Assembly: GCA_032718475.1 (NCBI GenBank)
Contig: JAUCBJ010000147.1
Location: 1-64,000 of the forward strand
Length of the DNA stretch: 64,000 bases
Reading direction: 5' to 3'
Source: Nemertoderma westbladi
Lineage: Eukaryota > Animalia > Xenacoelomorpha
Shown: positions 12,425 through 24,986 of the stretch, piece by piece
Numbering within the stretch: position 1 is the first letter of the stretch
Layout: every line of letters begins with the position of its first letter
The notes under the pieces: model-generated
The model's database searches: none
Told to the model about the DNA's origin: nothing
What the model saw: only the letters and a program-made list of their open reading frames with translations
Made by a program: the position numbers and the translations under genes

Positions 12425-12637
12425 GGGTGTAAACGCAACGCCGACAACCGACTACCGACAACCAACGCCGACAACCATTAAAGCTAATTAATGTTATTTA
12501 TTAATTGAGGGAAAGGAACAGGTTACAGTGGAAGGTTATTCTAACCAAAACAATAAACGAGAGTCACGAACTCAGGTTCGTGATATTTTCATATTTACTG
12601 TTGTCGGCAGTGGTTGTCGGCGTAGCGTTTACACCCG
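12425..12637. mobile_element. MITE with GGGTGTAAACGC...GCGTTTACACCC TIRs (also 26877-27089)
   Basis: GGGTGTAAACGCAACGCCGACAACC vs GGTTGTCGGCGTAGCGTTTACACCC. Confidence 0.65.
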
Positions 12638-14285
12638 TCCGCACGCCTATAATGACGCGTTACCTATACATACTATACTGTAATACCGATAACGGTACTA
12701 CTAAAAACAGGACAACAGTAGTAGGAACTGGTATCGGGACATAATGAGTAAAAAAGCAAAAAAAGGTGTTACTGTATAATGAGTAAAAAAAAAGGGGTCA
12801 TAAAAAAATATTTTTATAATTTATTAAACAATAATTGTACAGACGGTAGGTACTTTGCCCAATGTTTCGTTTTTCATTCCTAAACTAACTGCCTTGGATA
12901 GGCGTGTGATTTATTACAGCACATTGATAGCAATAATGGATCCGTCCATTGCAAACTTGGGGCAAACTTGTAACTTTTATTTGTATCCTAGCTATTGTAT
13001 ATTTACTGTTTCGAGTTTTAATTTCCATGGACATCCGACCCGACACCCCGTCGCCGCCGCCAGCTGCTCGTGCTCGACAAGTTCTAACGAATTCTGAAAG
13101 TATTTAAAGCAGTCGAATAGGGTTGGCAGGTTGGTGCGCGAAAAAATTGTTAGGCTAGAAACAATTGGCACAGAAATTTTGTTGAGAACTAACCCTATTC
13201 GCAATTCTTTCCATTGCTAAAAGTATCATCAATATTTACATAACAACCTGGTTTATTGGATAATGTAAACTTTTATTCGGCCCAGATGGTCAGGAATTAC
13301 GCTTTAAGTTTGACGAATTATTTCCTGTGCGTTTTCTCTTCCAGAGCCAGAACTACAGTACTCAAGCCCAAGGCAATGTATTAAACCACAACACCATCAT
13401 TAATAGAAACGCAAATAGTACAGTATAATAAACACCCCATAAACAAGCGTAGAGTGATTATTGTTATTATTGTTATATTGTTATTATAAAACTTTTATAA
13501 TTTATTGTATTGTTCAGGATGTGGACATAAATGGGCATAATATTTCCCATTCTGTATGCCTAACTGTGCTTCTTTGCAGATTATCGTGCGTGTGTGCTGT
13601 GCAGTTTTACTGCCCCACAATGCCTAATCTAAAATCACATACCGGTACGGCAGTACGGCGGTACCCAGGTACCGCGGTGCCATGCTGCCATGCATACGGC
13701 TGTATGGATAATTCTCCATACCATAGGCTGATAGGAGTCTATTTATTACTGTATTACAGTATTAGGCCTACTGTATTAGCTGATTCTGTGATTAGGGCAA
13801 CATACTGCAGTACTGACATACGCAAATCCGCTCTATAGCAGATTTTGACCCCTTCATCTGTATACAGTAATAATAAACAAAAGTCATTAGGCCTAGAACT
13901 GCCATACAGGTTAGGCCTACAGTTTTATTTTAGAAAGTAATCATCTGTTATACAGTTATATGTTATAGGCTGATAGGCCTACTATAATTAGGCAGTTAGG
14001 TACCGGTAGATTTTCCTCTAGACTTCTAGTGGCTAGAGAGGGATGCATTGTTTGATTGTGTCAAAAATCCGGAATAATAATTAAAAATAGGCCTCTATCA
14101 TGGAATAGGCCTACTCCATGCCTCTATACAATAATAATGTATTCCGGAATTATTACCAACAATAGTTTCTAGGCCTACTCCATGTCAGCCTGTACTCTAC
14201 ATTCTGACAATACATACCGGTAGCAGCATCTGAGCGTAGAGTTAAAGATTTATAGCCCCTTTATAAGCATATTTATAATCGGATA

Positions 14286-17200
14286 ATGGCGCCAGAATAT
14301 CCGTTTAAAGCGGAATACGCTAAAAGCGGTAGAGCTTCTTGCAAAGGGTGCAAGGAAGGAATCGGTCAAGGAGTCCTGAGGTTGGCTATCATGGTCCAGT
14401 CGCCATTCTTCGACGGCCGCCAGGCGAACTGGTACCATCAAAAGTGCTTCTTTAAGAAGCAGAAGCCCAAACACCACACCGTAATCGAGGGGTTTGCAAA
14501 TCTCCGCTGGGATGACCAAGAAAAAATAAAAGAGAGCATAGGAGATACGGGCGTTCCAGAACCTCAAGCGTCCACAATTAAGAAAGGCAAAGCGAAAAGT
14601 AAAACAAAGGAGGTTAAAACTGATTCCAACGGGATGGTAGTTGCGTTTCTAACAGAGTTTCATGTGGAATATTCAAAGTCAAGTCGGGCTTTATGTCGGG
14701 TGTGTGACAACCCCATCATAAAGAAGGAGGTTAGAATGTCCAAGAAGGAAGCGGATGCGCGTTATGGGATGCTCGATGCTTGGCATCATGTCGAGTGTTT
14801 CGCGGAGAATTTAGACGAACTCGGATTCACCTACAATATAGCGGATGTGGATGGTTTCACGGCTTTAACAGAAGACGATCGTAATAAATTGCTTTCTGTT
14901 CTGCCGTCTACAAATAAAGTCGTAGTTGGGTCTAAACGAAAGCCAACTGTGGAAAAGGATATACCGATAGTGAAAAAACCAAAACCAGCACTTTCTGCAA
15001 TGGATAAAAAGTTAAAAGAACAGAGCAGTTTATTGTGGGGTATCAAAGATGCCTTACAAGCCGCCCTTTCTGGCCCTCAGATGAAGAGTTTACTGGCCCA
15101 TAATAGTCAGTATGTGCCTGTGACTGGACAGGCGGCTGACGCCTGTGTCGATATGCTCGCATTCGGACCTCTGGAGCCTTGTGGTCAGTGCACCACAGAC
15201 GGTCTGGTCAGTCTGCTAGATGGGGCGGATGGGTATAAATGTCATGGGCAAATCTCAGAATGGACCAAATGTTTCTACAGGACGCAGAGTCCTGCAAGAA
15301 GATCCAACTTCTCTATCCCCAAGGGTCTGCGTTTCTGCGAATATTTGAAGGACTTTAAGTTTAAGAAGAGAGAGCGGTTGTTCCCTGTGGGGGTTGGATT
15401 GACGACTAACGAAGCACCGGTGCGATCCTCTTCAAGCGTTCCCGCTCCCGAGACCGGGAAACCGCTACGTGGCTGCGCAATATCTATCCTGGGGAAACTC
15501 ACAAAAACCAAAGCCACTGTGAAACAGTCCGTGGAGAATCTTGGAGGGCGACTTCAGGATAAAATAGACGGAAGTCTCGTGGGAATACTCTCTAGCGAAG
15601 CCGAGTTGGAGAAAATGTCCCGCAAGATGAAAGCCGCCAAAGAGTTCGAAGTTAATATCATTTCTATCGACTTTCTGGAAGCTGTGGAAAAGAAGGAAGA
15701 TGCCGAAACTGTAGCTAACCTGGTAGAGAAGCACACGATTAGCGAATGGAAGTCAGACCCCACGTCGAAAATAAAGAAGGTTGAAGTTAAGAGCTTATTA
15801 AAAAAGCAGAAGAGTAGAGAAGAGAAGATGTTTAAGAGTTCAGTGAAGTCGTTGAAGGTAACGGTGAAGGGTGGGGCTGCGGTGGACCCTGAGTCGGGAC
15901 TGGAAGACAATGGACAGGTACTGAAGGACATGAACGGGCTACACACCGCCGTGCTGGGGAAGGTAGACTTAGTACAGGGTCAAAACAGTTACTACAAACT
16001 TCAGGTGATAGAGAAGGAACGGGGAGGACCCAAGTGGAATGTGTTCCGTTCCTGGGGACGGGTTGGAACTACGATAGGCGGCTCGAGGGTCGACACTTTT
16101 GGCTCGAAACTCGAGGCCAAACAGTTCTTCCAGGAGCATTACTTAGAGAAGTCGGGTAATAATTGGGCGGATCGGGATAATTTCGTGAAGAAACCGCGGT
16201 GTTTCTTCCCGTTGGACATCGATTACTCCACGCAAGAGGATGACAACGAGTCATCTGCGCGACTACGGGACTCTGGGAGCGAGTCCAAGCTGGCAAAACC
16301 CATCCAGGACATCGTGAAAATGATATTCGATATCGAGACAATGAAGAAAACCTTGGTTGAGTTTGAGATAGACCTTGAAAAAATGCCACTGGGTAAATTG
16401 TCCAAAAAGCATATTGAGGGCGCTTACGTTGTGCTGACGGAGTTGCAAGGGATACTCACTGACGATAACCCGGGAGGAAGACAAGTGAAACTCATCGACG
16501 CTTCCAATCGCTTCTACACGCTGATTCCGCACTCATTCGGCCTCGAGCAAATCCCCTTGTTGGACACAGAGGAATCGATAAAAGAGAAAACTGCAATGCT
16601 GGATAACCTCCTGGAGATGGAGGTCGCTTATAGTCTACTGAAAGGTACTAAGGTGGAGGCCGGCACTGACCCAATGGATGCTCATTATAATAAGTTGAAG
16701 TGCGAGATGGGAGTTGTAGATAAAGAGAGTGAAACTTTCAGTATGATCAAGGAATTCATCACCAACACTCATGCCAAGACACACTCCGGATACACGTTGG
16801 AGTTATTAGACGCTTTTGAGATTCAGCGCCAAGGCGAGGCACAGCGTTTCAAGCCGTTTAAGGACCTCCCTAATCGCAAGCTGTTGTGGCACGGCTCTCG
16901 CGTTACCAATTACGCCGGTATCCTATCGCAAGGCCTCCGTATCGCTCCTCCCGAGGCTCCATCCACCGGATACATGTTCGGTAAGGGGATCTACTTCGCC
17001 GATATGGTGTCCAAATCGGCCAACTACTGCTCCACTTCCCCTTCCGCTAACACCGCTCTCATGTTGTTATGCGATGTAGCGCTCGGTAATATGATGGAGA
17101 AGACGCAGGCCCATTACGTCGACAAGCTGCCCAAAGGGAAACACTCGATGAAGGGTTGTGGGAGAACCTGCCCCGATCCCAAACAGGATAGGGTCATAGA

Positions 17201-17357
17201 CGGAGGTGTAGTCGTCCCCATGGGAACGTCTTTCAATACAGGTACCACGAACTCTAGTCTACTGTACAACGAGTATATTGTCTACGATGTCGGCCAAGTG
17301 TCCATGAAGTACCTCCTGAAACTAAAGTTCAACTATAAAAATTTGTACGGATTTTAA
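14286..17357 (+). CDS. PARP1: Poly(ADP-ribose) polymerase 1, single-exon CDS, copy 1
   Basis: 1023 aa: ZnF1 (EYAKSGRASCKGC..WYHQKC), ZnF2, Zn3, BRCT, WGR (RSWGRVG), helical domain, catalytic H-Y-E (HGS, GIYFA, YNEY). Confidence 0.98.
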   Translation: MAPEYPFKAEYAKSGRASCKGCKEGIGQGVLRLAIMVQSPFFDGRQANWYHQKCFFKKQKPKHHTVIEGFANLRWDDQEKIKESIGDTGVPEPQASTIKKGKAKSKTKEVKTDSNGMVVAFLTEFHVEYSKSSRALCRVCDNPIIKKEVRMSKKEADARYGMLDAWHHVECFAENLDELGFTYNIADVDGFTALTEDDRNKLLSVLPSTNKVVVGSKRKPTVEKDIPIVKKPKPALSAMDKKLKEQSSLLWGIKDALQAALSGPQMKSLLAHNSQYVPVTGQAADACVDMLAFGPLEPCGQCTTDGLVSLLDGADGYKCHGQISEWTKCFYRTQSPARRSNFSIPKGLRFCEYLKDFKFKKRERLFPVGVGLTTNEAPVRSSSSVPAPETGKPLRGCAISILGKLTKTKATVKQSVENLGGRLQDKIDGSLVGILSSEAELEKMSRKMKAAKEFEVNIISIDFLEAVEKKEDAETVANLVEKHTISEWKSDPTSKIKKVEVKSLLKKQKSREEKMFKSSVKSLKVTVKGGAAVDPESGLEDNGQVLKDMNGLHTAVLGKVDLVQGQNSYYKLQVIEKERGGPKWNVFRSWGRVGTTIGGSRVDTFGSKLEAKQFFQEHYLEKSGNNWADRDNFVKKPRCFFPLDIDYSTQEDDNESSARLRDSGSESKLAKPIQDIVKMIFDIETMKKTLVEFEIDLEKMPLGKLSKKHIEGAYVVLTELQGILTDDNPGGRQVKLIDASNRFYTLIPHSFGLEQIPLLDTEESIKEKTAMLDNLLEMEVAYSLLKGTKVEAGTDPMDAHYNKLKCEMGVVDKESETFSMIKEFITNTHAKTHSGYTLELLDAFEIQRQGEAQRFKPFKDLPNRKLLWHGSRVTNYAGILSQGLRIAPPEAPSTGYMFGKGIYFADMVSKSANYCSTSPSANTALMLLCDVALGNMMEKTQAHYVDKLPKGKHSMKGCGRTCPDPKQDRVIDGGVVVPMGTSFNTGTTNSSLLYNEYIVYDVGQVSMKYLLKLKFNYKNLYGF

Positions 17358-19822
17358 TTCTCTGGAAATATAGTTTCTTGAAGGGCGTCGAAACTCATAT
17401 AACCTACGACCACACACTTACTCCCCGACTGTCTCCATTAACCGGGAGGTTAAATACAGGTTTAGCAGTTTTAAACTTACTTGTCCGGGAATCGTGCTTC
17501 CTTTACTTTAAACCTGTGGTCAATCAGTCGAACTTTGTATAGTAAATATGAACTTGTAACGATTTGCCTCGGTATTTTAATACCCCGGTAATACAAAGAT
17601 TCTACGAATTAATCATAATGAAACTGTGATTGACCGATTGTTTGAAATCGGCAGAACTCCTTAAAAACTAAATAGTACCGGTACATTATTTTAAATAAGA
17701 TATTATTATACCTATCTCTATAATCTATACAGCCTATATATCTCGTACATTATACCTATATTATCGATCATAATATGATTTACTAACTTTAAAAATATAT
17801 TTAAATGTTTCAATAATTAGTGCGGGTGGGGGGGGGGGGGGTGGTCATTGCTCGCTATGGATATAACCTACGTAAAATAGACTGAGAAGACCTGTGTAAT
17901 ATTGTTTCTAATCTATATGCATTGTATTAAGGTTTTAATTACGAATTCAGTTTTTCATCAGCAATCGTTTCCAAATGTTACAATTTATGATTAAATCTTA
18001 ACTTTACTTTTGCAATGTGAAGAAAATTGGCCTAATTAGAGACGATATTTTTTTGGAAAAAAAGTTTATCTAGAACAAAGTAAATATTATTCGGAAAGCT
18101 CAGAGTCTGCGGAATTCAATTTATAGTATCATCGGAGCTTAATAAAATGTTATTAAACACTGCCTAACTTTCTGTTAACAACTTCCTGTAAATAAACAAT
18201 AATTATTCCAACAGATTTTCTAATAATCGCATCGCGTGAGACATTTCCTTGCCTAATTTTTGTTGGGCACAGCTTTGCAAAGTCGGCAATGATGTCCAAG
18301 TGGATCGAACTGGTGACCTCCGGGTTGGAAATCTGACGCAATAACCATTCAGCTAGCGGTTCAGGTAAAAGATAGACCTGGAAATACTACCTGATACCTT
18401 GTATGTCCGCGTTTTACCTCCTCATGGCCTTACACCTGTTTTTCCTTGCCTGTAGCTATAACGAGAATGCGGTTACAAATAGAGGCCATTTTTTGGTATT
18501 CATGATACTACCAATACCAAAACCACATTGCAATGGCGGCGCAGGAGCACTTAGTGAGAAGTGCGACCGAGTTATCATAAAAAAAAGAAGCAAAGACAAT
18601 TTCGGAACTGTTAATCGTTAATCGGAGCAGTTTAGTACGGTACGGCTATTCCAGATTTATTAATGGTGATTGAATTGTTCGTTTTAATGTAGTGTTAATG
18701 TAATAGAACAATGAAAATCAGTATGTTATTGTTTGCCATATTTTTTGGTATTATTTTTATTAATGTAGGCCTATATACTCTTTCTTGTAATAACTTTTCT
18801 CTGCTGACTACGCTAAATTTTAGTAAGGTTGTTCCTATAAGCTTTGTATTCCGATAGTTTTGGCGGCCGTTTGACTTTGCCATTAATATATAATATTAGT
18901 ATATTATAATATTAAAATATAATATTAATTTCTATAATAATTTATAATTAGTATAAAAGCCGTTAACATTCCAGGGTGTACTTTTATAGGTCCGCCATAT
19001 GTTTCAAGTAGTCTGTATGATGTACTGTACTGTTGGTAACAGTCACATAAAAATCCAGGTTATATGGTTACGAGATCCCAGTTCCGGTTTATAGTTAGTT
19101 TTTAATTACTTGTAGTCAGTATCAGCTAGTGTTACATAAGAGAGCAACTTAATGAATTATTCTAATTCCAGACTTAACAAGCACCAGATGCAATACCTAT
19201 CATAGTATTTAATGGACACTTTAGCAAACTACACAGTAAACAGTTTACATAACACAATACTTGCGCGATTGTTGCGCGAGTGTTATTGCCTCTTAAACTG
19301 CTGCAAGTGCCGTACAATCGATAATTCCTTTCTATCGTAGTGGCGTAAAACATAGCAGAACACAACTGTCTCTGACCAATATATTCACGAAATCACTTAA
19401 TAGATAGACTAGCATTTTGTTTTTATGACTACAACAGTGTATACATACAGTACTAATATATTAATTCGTAATTTTCTCTTCTTTTATTTTAATTGTCGTA
19501 ATTTTATTACTATCTTCTTTAAATTCGCTATTTTAACGGGCGACCATGTATGTTAATAAATTTCTTATTGTGTTCCATTCGATATTTTATCATATACTTT
19601 GTTATCACATCGTACACAACACACAGCCCACCACGTAAAATTACTAATATTTATATTATGTGTATTTCAGGGTTATCATTCAGTACTGTATTTACATTGT
19701 TTGTGCTCGAGGGTATTTCTTTTATTATTTGTGTAACAACGGTGTACATGTATAATGTATAGCTCTGATGCATGTGTACTGTAAACTATATACATTTGGT
19801 TAATACGCAGTAGATAAATGAG

Positions 19823-20613
19823 ATGGGAGACGAAAATTCGAAACCGATAATTAATGTGACTGTGGAATGTGAAGGAGAGAACACAGTTCTTTGTAAACCA
19901 GGTAGAGTGGTCAATTCTACAACAGTAGCAGTGGAATTATTAATCATAACACCTTGCATCATAATACTTTACAACACCTTGCATCTCCCGCTACTAAATT
20001 TATATTCGGTTGTTTCAATAAATTTCAAAACACGGGAGTTGAACACCGCCTTGAATTGATTCCTAATGTAGGCCTAGGCCTATCATAATTTGAAAATGAA
20101 TTATTAACGGTGCCGCGGAGAGGAAAAAATTCAACTTTAGAACTCAGCTATTCTTCGACAGTTTTCAGATATTGAGATTTTTCCACATTCTTTCTATAAA
20201 ACATGCAGGAACCACATGAATGGTGCCTGAATCGTCCATCTGAACGAAACCCAATATAATGTAAAATAACCATCTGAGTATCAATAACACCAACTAATAG
20301 CGTTGGCCTATATCGCTGTTTGTTTTACAGGTGGCCCCTTATCAATAAGGGGGGAGATAAAGGTATCCGGGAAGCAGTACCGTAGAACCGACATCAGTAA
20401 GCTAACAGTAACATTACACCAAATTACACGAATAACATTCACCGACCCTCCCAGCGGTGTCAAGTACGGGGCCAATGGATACCATATAACCAAGGGAATT
20501 CTCCAGTTAACAGAGGCGGGTAAATGGGACCCTCACAACACAACTATTGGCTACCTGGTTGTCTTGGAAAACGTTACAATGCCTAGTCACGAGGATTCTA
20601 ATTCTAGAATTAG
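19823..20613 (+). pseudogene. Duplicated 5' coding exons (19823-19901, 20331-20613) of the arrestin-like gene, without own terminal exon
   Basis: Identical to exons 34608-34686 and 35116-35398; GT-AG sites, phase 1 join; the duplicate ends at 24986 before any copy of the last exon. Confidence 0.65.
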
Positions 20614-20869
20614 GTAAGTATGACAATTAAATGACTTACTGAAGTTAATAGCCTACCATATTATATAAAGTTACGAACTGTTGTACATAACAATGATTAC
20701 CATAAGAAAATATTATAATTCAGTAAATTAGTGAAAAATAATACATATTTAGGGCCCTTGCCCTACAATACAATAAGTACTTCGGCCTAATTATATTTGA
20801 TTTAATGACAAGCTGCTAATATTAAAAAATCTTAACAAACTGTAGATGCAAGCGCAACAAATTATATCG

Positions 20870-23800
20870 GAATCTAATAGACCAGTGTTCAGGTGCCATC
20901 TGTCAGCTGATCGGATCTGAATCTACTGGATCAGTGTTCAGGTGCCATCTGTCAGCTGATCGGATCTTAATCTACTGGATCAGTGTTCAGGTGCCATCTG
21001 TCAGCTGATCGGATCTGAATCTACTGGATCAGTGTTCAGGTGCCATCTGTCAGTTGATCGGATCGGAATCTACTGGATCAGTGTTCAGGTGCCATCTGTC
21101 AGCTGATCGGATCTGAATCTACTGGATCAGTGTTCAGGTGCCATCTGTCAGCTGATCGGATCTGAATCTACTGGATCAGTGTTCAGGTGCCATCTGTCAG
21201 TTGATCGGATCGGAATCTACTGGATCAGTGTTCAGGTGCCACCTGTCAGCTGATCGGATCTGAATCTACTGGATCAGTGTTCAGGTGCCATCTGTCAGCT
21301 GATCGGATCTGAATATACTGGGTCAGTGTTCAGGTGCCATCTGTCAGCTGATATGATCTGAATCTACTGGATCAGTGTTCAGGTGCCATCTGTCAGCTGA
21401 TCGGATCTGAATCTACTGGATCAGTGTTCAGGTGTCAGCTGATCGGATCGGAATCTACTGGATCAGTGTTCAGGTGCCATCTGTCAGCTGATCGGTTCTG
21501 AAGCTATTGGATCAGTGTTTAGGTGCCATCTGTCAGATGATCGGATCTGAATCTACTGGATCAGTGTTCAGGTGCCACCTGTCAGCTGATCGGATCTGAA
21601 TCTACTGGATCAGTGTTCAGGTGCCATCTGTCAGCTGATCGGATCTGAATCTACTGGATCAGTTTTCAGGTGCCATCTGTCAGCTGATCGGATCTGAATC
21701 TACTGGATCAGAGTTCAGGTGTCATCTGTCAGCGGATCGGATCTGAATCTACTGGATCAGTGTTCAGGTGCCATCTGTCAGCTGATAGGATCTGAATCTA
21801 CTGGATCAGTGTTCAGGTGCCATCTGTCAGCTGATAGGATCTGAATCTACTGGATCAGTGTTCAGGTGCCATCTGTCAGCTGATCGGATCTGAATCTACT
21901 GGATCAGTGTTCAGGTGCCATCTGTCAGCTGATCGGATCTGAATCTACTGGATCAGTGTTCAGGTGCCATCTGTCAGCTGATAGGATGTGAATCTACATG
22001 ATCAGTGTTCAGGTGCCATCTGTCAGCTGCTCGGATCTGAATCTACTGGATGAGTGTTCAGGTGTCAGCTGATCGGATCTGAATCTACTGGATCAGTGTT
22101 AAGGTGTCTGCTGATCGGATCGGAATCCACTGGATCAATGTTCTGGTGCCATCTGTCAGCTGATCGGATCTGAATCTACTGGATCAGTGTTTAGGTGCCA
22201 TCTGTCAGCTGATCGGATCTGAATCTACTGGATCAGTGTTCAGGTGCCATCTGTCAGCTGATCGGATCTGAATCTACTGGATCAGTGTTCAGGTGCCATC
22301 TGTCAGTTGATCGGATCGGAATCTACTGGATCAGTGTTCAGGTGCCATCTGTCAGTTGATCGGATCGGAATCTACTGGATCAGTGTTCAGGTGCCACCTG
22401 TCAGCTGATCGGATCTGAATCTACTGGATCAGTGTTCAGGTGCCACCTGTCAGCTGATCGGATCTGAATCTACTGGATCAGTGTTCAGGTGCCATCTGTC
22501 AGCTGATCGGATCTGAATCTACTGGATCAGTTTTCAGGTGCCATCTGTCAGCTGATCGGATCTGAATCTACTTGATCAGTGTTCAGGTGCCATCTGTCAG
22601 CTGATCGGATCTGAATCTACTGGATCAGTGTTCAGGTGCCATCTGTCAGCTGATAGGATCTGAATCTACTGGATCAGTGTTCAGGTGCCATCTGTCAGCT
22701 GATAGGATCTGAATCTACTGGATCAGTGTTCAGGTGCCATCTGTCAGCTGATCGGATCTGAATCTACTGGATCAGTGTTCAGGTGCCATCTGTCAGCTGA
22801 TCGGATCTGAATCTACTGGATCAGTGTTCAGGTGCCATCTGTCAGCTGATAGGATCTGAATCTACTGGATCAGTGTTCAGGTGCCATCTGTCAGCTGCTC
22901 GGATCTGAATCTACTGGATGAGTGTTCAGGTGTCAGCTGATCGGATCTGAATCTACTGGATCAGTGTTCAGGTGTCAGCTGATCGGATCGGAATCCACTG
23001 GATCAATGTTCAGGTGCCATCTGTCAGCTGATCGGATCTGAATCTACTGGATCAGTGTTCAGGTGCCATCTGTCAGCTGATAGGATCTGAATCTACTGGA
23101 TCAGTGTTCAGGTGCCATCTGTCAGCTGATAGGATCTGAATCTACTGGATCAGTGTTCAGGTGCCATCTGTCAGCTGATCGGATCTGAATCTACTGGATC
23201 AGTGTTCAGGTGCCATCTGTCAGCTGATCGGATCTGAATCTACTGGATCAGTGTTCAGGTGCCATCTGTCAGCTGATAGGATCTGAATCTACTGGATCAG
23301 TGTTCAGGTGCCATCTGTCAGCTGCTCGGATCTGAATCTACTGGATGAGTGTTCAGGTGTCAGCTGATCGGATCTGAATCTACTGGATCAGTGTTCAGGT
23401 GTCAGCTGATCGGATCGGAATCCACTGGATCAATGTTCAGGTGCCATCTGTCAGCTGATCGGATCTGAATCTACTGGATCAGTGTTCAGGTGCCATCTGT
23501 CAGCTGATCGGATCTGAATCTACTGGATCAGTGTTCAGGTGCCATCTGTCAGCTGATCGGATCTGACTCTACTGGATCAGTGTTCAGGTGCCATCTGTCA
23601 GCGGATAGGATCTGCATCTACTGGATCAGTGTTCAGGTGCCATCTGTCAGCTGATCGGATCTGAATCTACTGGATCAGCGTTCAGGTACCATCTGTCAGC
23701 TGATCGGATCTGAATCTACTGGAGCAGTGTTCAGGTACCATCTGTCAGCTGATAGGATCTGAATCTACTGGATCAGTGTTCAGGTGTCAGCTGATCGGAT

Positions 23801-23945
23801 CTGAATCTACTGTATCAGTGTTCAGGTACCATCTGTCAGCTGATCGGATCTGAATCTACTGGATCAGTGTTCAGGTGCCATTTGTCGGCTGATCGGATCT
23901 GAATCTACTCGATCAGTGTTCAGGTGCCATCTGTCAGCTGATCGG
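20870..23945. repeat. 49-bp satellite array (~63 units) with 42-bp deletion variants and higher-order blocks, copy 1
   Basis: GGATCAGTGTTCAGGTGCCATCTGTCAGCTGATCGGATCTGAATCTACT tandem. Confidence 0.97.
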
Positions 23946-24053
23946 TATATTTTACCCCAACCAAGAGGGGTTTCTCAAGAAGTTAAAACTAGATGAGCGA
24001 CAATAGTACGGAATTCCCAATTGAGGCATGTGTTGGGGGTCGGTGGGGGGAGG

Positions 24054-24091
24054 CATGGAATTCTATATAGAGATCTATATAGCATTCCATG
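24054..24091. mobile_element. 38-bp palindromic mini-insertion with 8-bp TSD (hAT-like); also 38839-38876
   Basis: GGGGGAGG-[CATGGAATTCTATATAGAGATCTATATAGCATTCCATG]-GGGGGAGG. Confidence 0.6.
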
Positions 24092-24810
24092 GGGGGAGGC
24101 TTACTCTTCTTCACATCATTGGGAAGTACATGTAGCATCGCAAACTTGCGCAAATCACGTCCTGCTTCTTAATAATGTGGTCTGAATAACGCATCAACCC
24201 ATTATTAACAAACAGAAAGTGATAGATGCAAGTGTTAAAGCTTTTGCGGCAAAAATGTGTCGTTTTTGTGCAATGGGCGAACTACTCTAAACTTGGCATT
24301 GTCTTGAGGGACTGGGGAATTTATAAATTTACGCCCTCTAGCGTTTATTTTGGTACAGAGCTCTGGTCAGCAACTCCAAGCAAAAAACAGCTGCTCTAGT
24401 GATGAGCTCGCCAGCTATTGGTCAGTAATTTATCTTTATCCCGTAAGCTCTGTGTTATTTTCCGGCCAATCAGCACAATCCACATCCTTAGAACCCCTGG
24501 ACCCTGGTTTTCCCTAGAAAAGATGTCGCAATCCAGCAAATTCTTCAGTTTCTGATACTCTGACATTCTGAATTTGCCCGAGACCATCTGTGGCCAGACT
24601 GCCAGAGTGTTATGAAATCGTTCATTGCTGATGTCAGTTTTCCATTTTTTGGAAAATCGAGTCTTCTAACTGACTATCTGATATCTGTCGATGAGTCAAT
24701 TTGTCTGTCGGTCTGTCTGTACGTCAAAATAAATATATTATTTCGCACAAAATAGCTAAATATTTCTCTATGGGAGTTTTCGTCGTCGGGAATTTCATTT
24801 CCGATGTCGA

Positions 24811-24986
24811 TTATTGCGGTGTAGGCTACTTTGTATTATTCGATTGATCGCTACTATATAATCTCTAACAACTATATTTACTTTCGGGGAAATATTAACA
24901 GTTCCTTTGGGACGTGGCGCTTTAAGTATAAAACAGAGTTATGACTTACACTAATCACAACAAGATAGCTATGGAATCTCGTAAAT
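24811..24986 (-). mobile_element. Truncated fragment of the Bel/Pao LTR at the duplication junction
   Basis: Identical to 39596-39771; breaks off at ...ATCTCGTAAAT|GTCTCATG. Confidence 0.9.

Larger units (their letters stand above)
10532..24986 (+). repeat. Segmental tandem duplication, copy 1
   Basis: Same ORFs recur at offset +14452, then +14786/+14785 after a 334-bp insertion and a 1-nt G-run difference in copy 2. Confidence 0.97.

Noticed and set aside
14250-17079. Short antisense/alternate-frame ORFs within PARP1 (similarly within VPS33A, pol, ATP5PF)
   Set aside because: Shadow ORFs of real coding sequence.
17824-17845. Poly-G runs (also ~32612 and poly-C ~54325) as G-quadruplex elements
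   Set aside because: Simple homopolymers of unstable length; no evidence of function.
20870-23945. CRISPR-like appearance of the 49-bp palindromic array (and copy at 35655-38730)
   Set aside because: No unique spacers, no cas genes, eukaryotic context; plain satellite.
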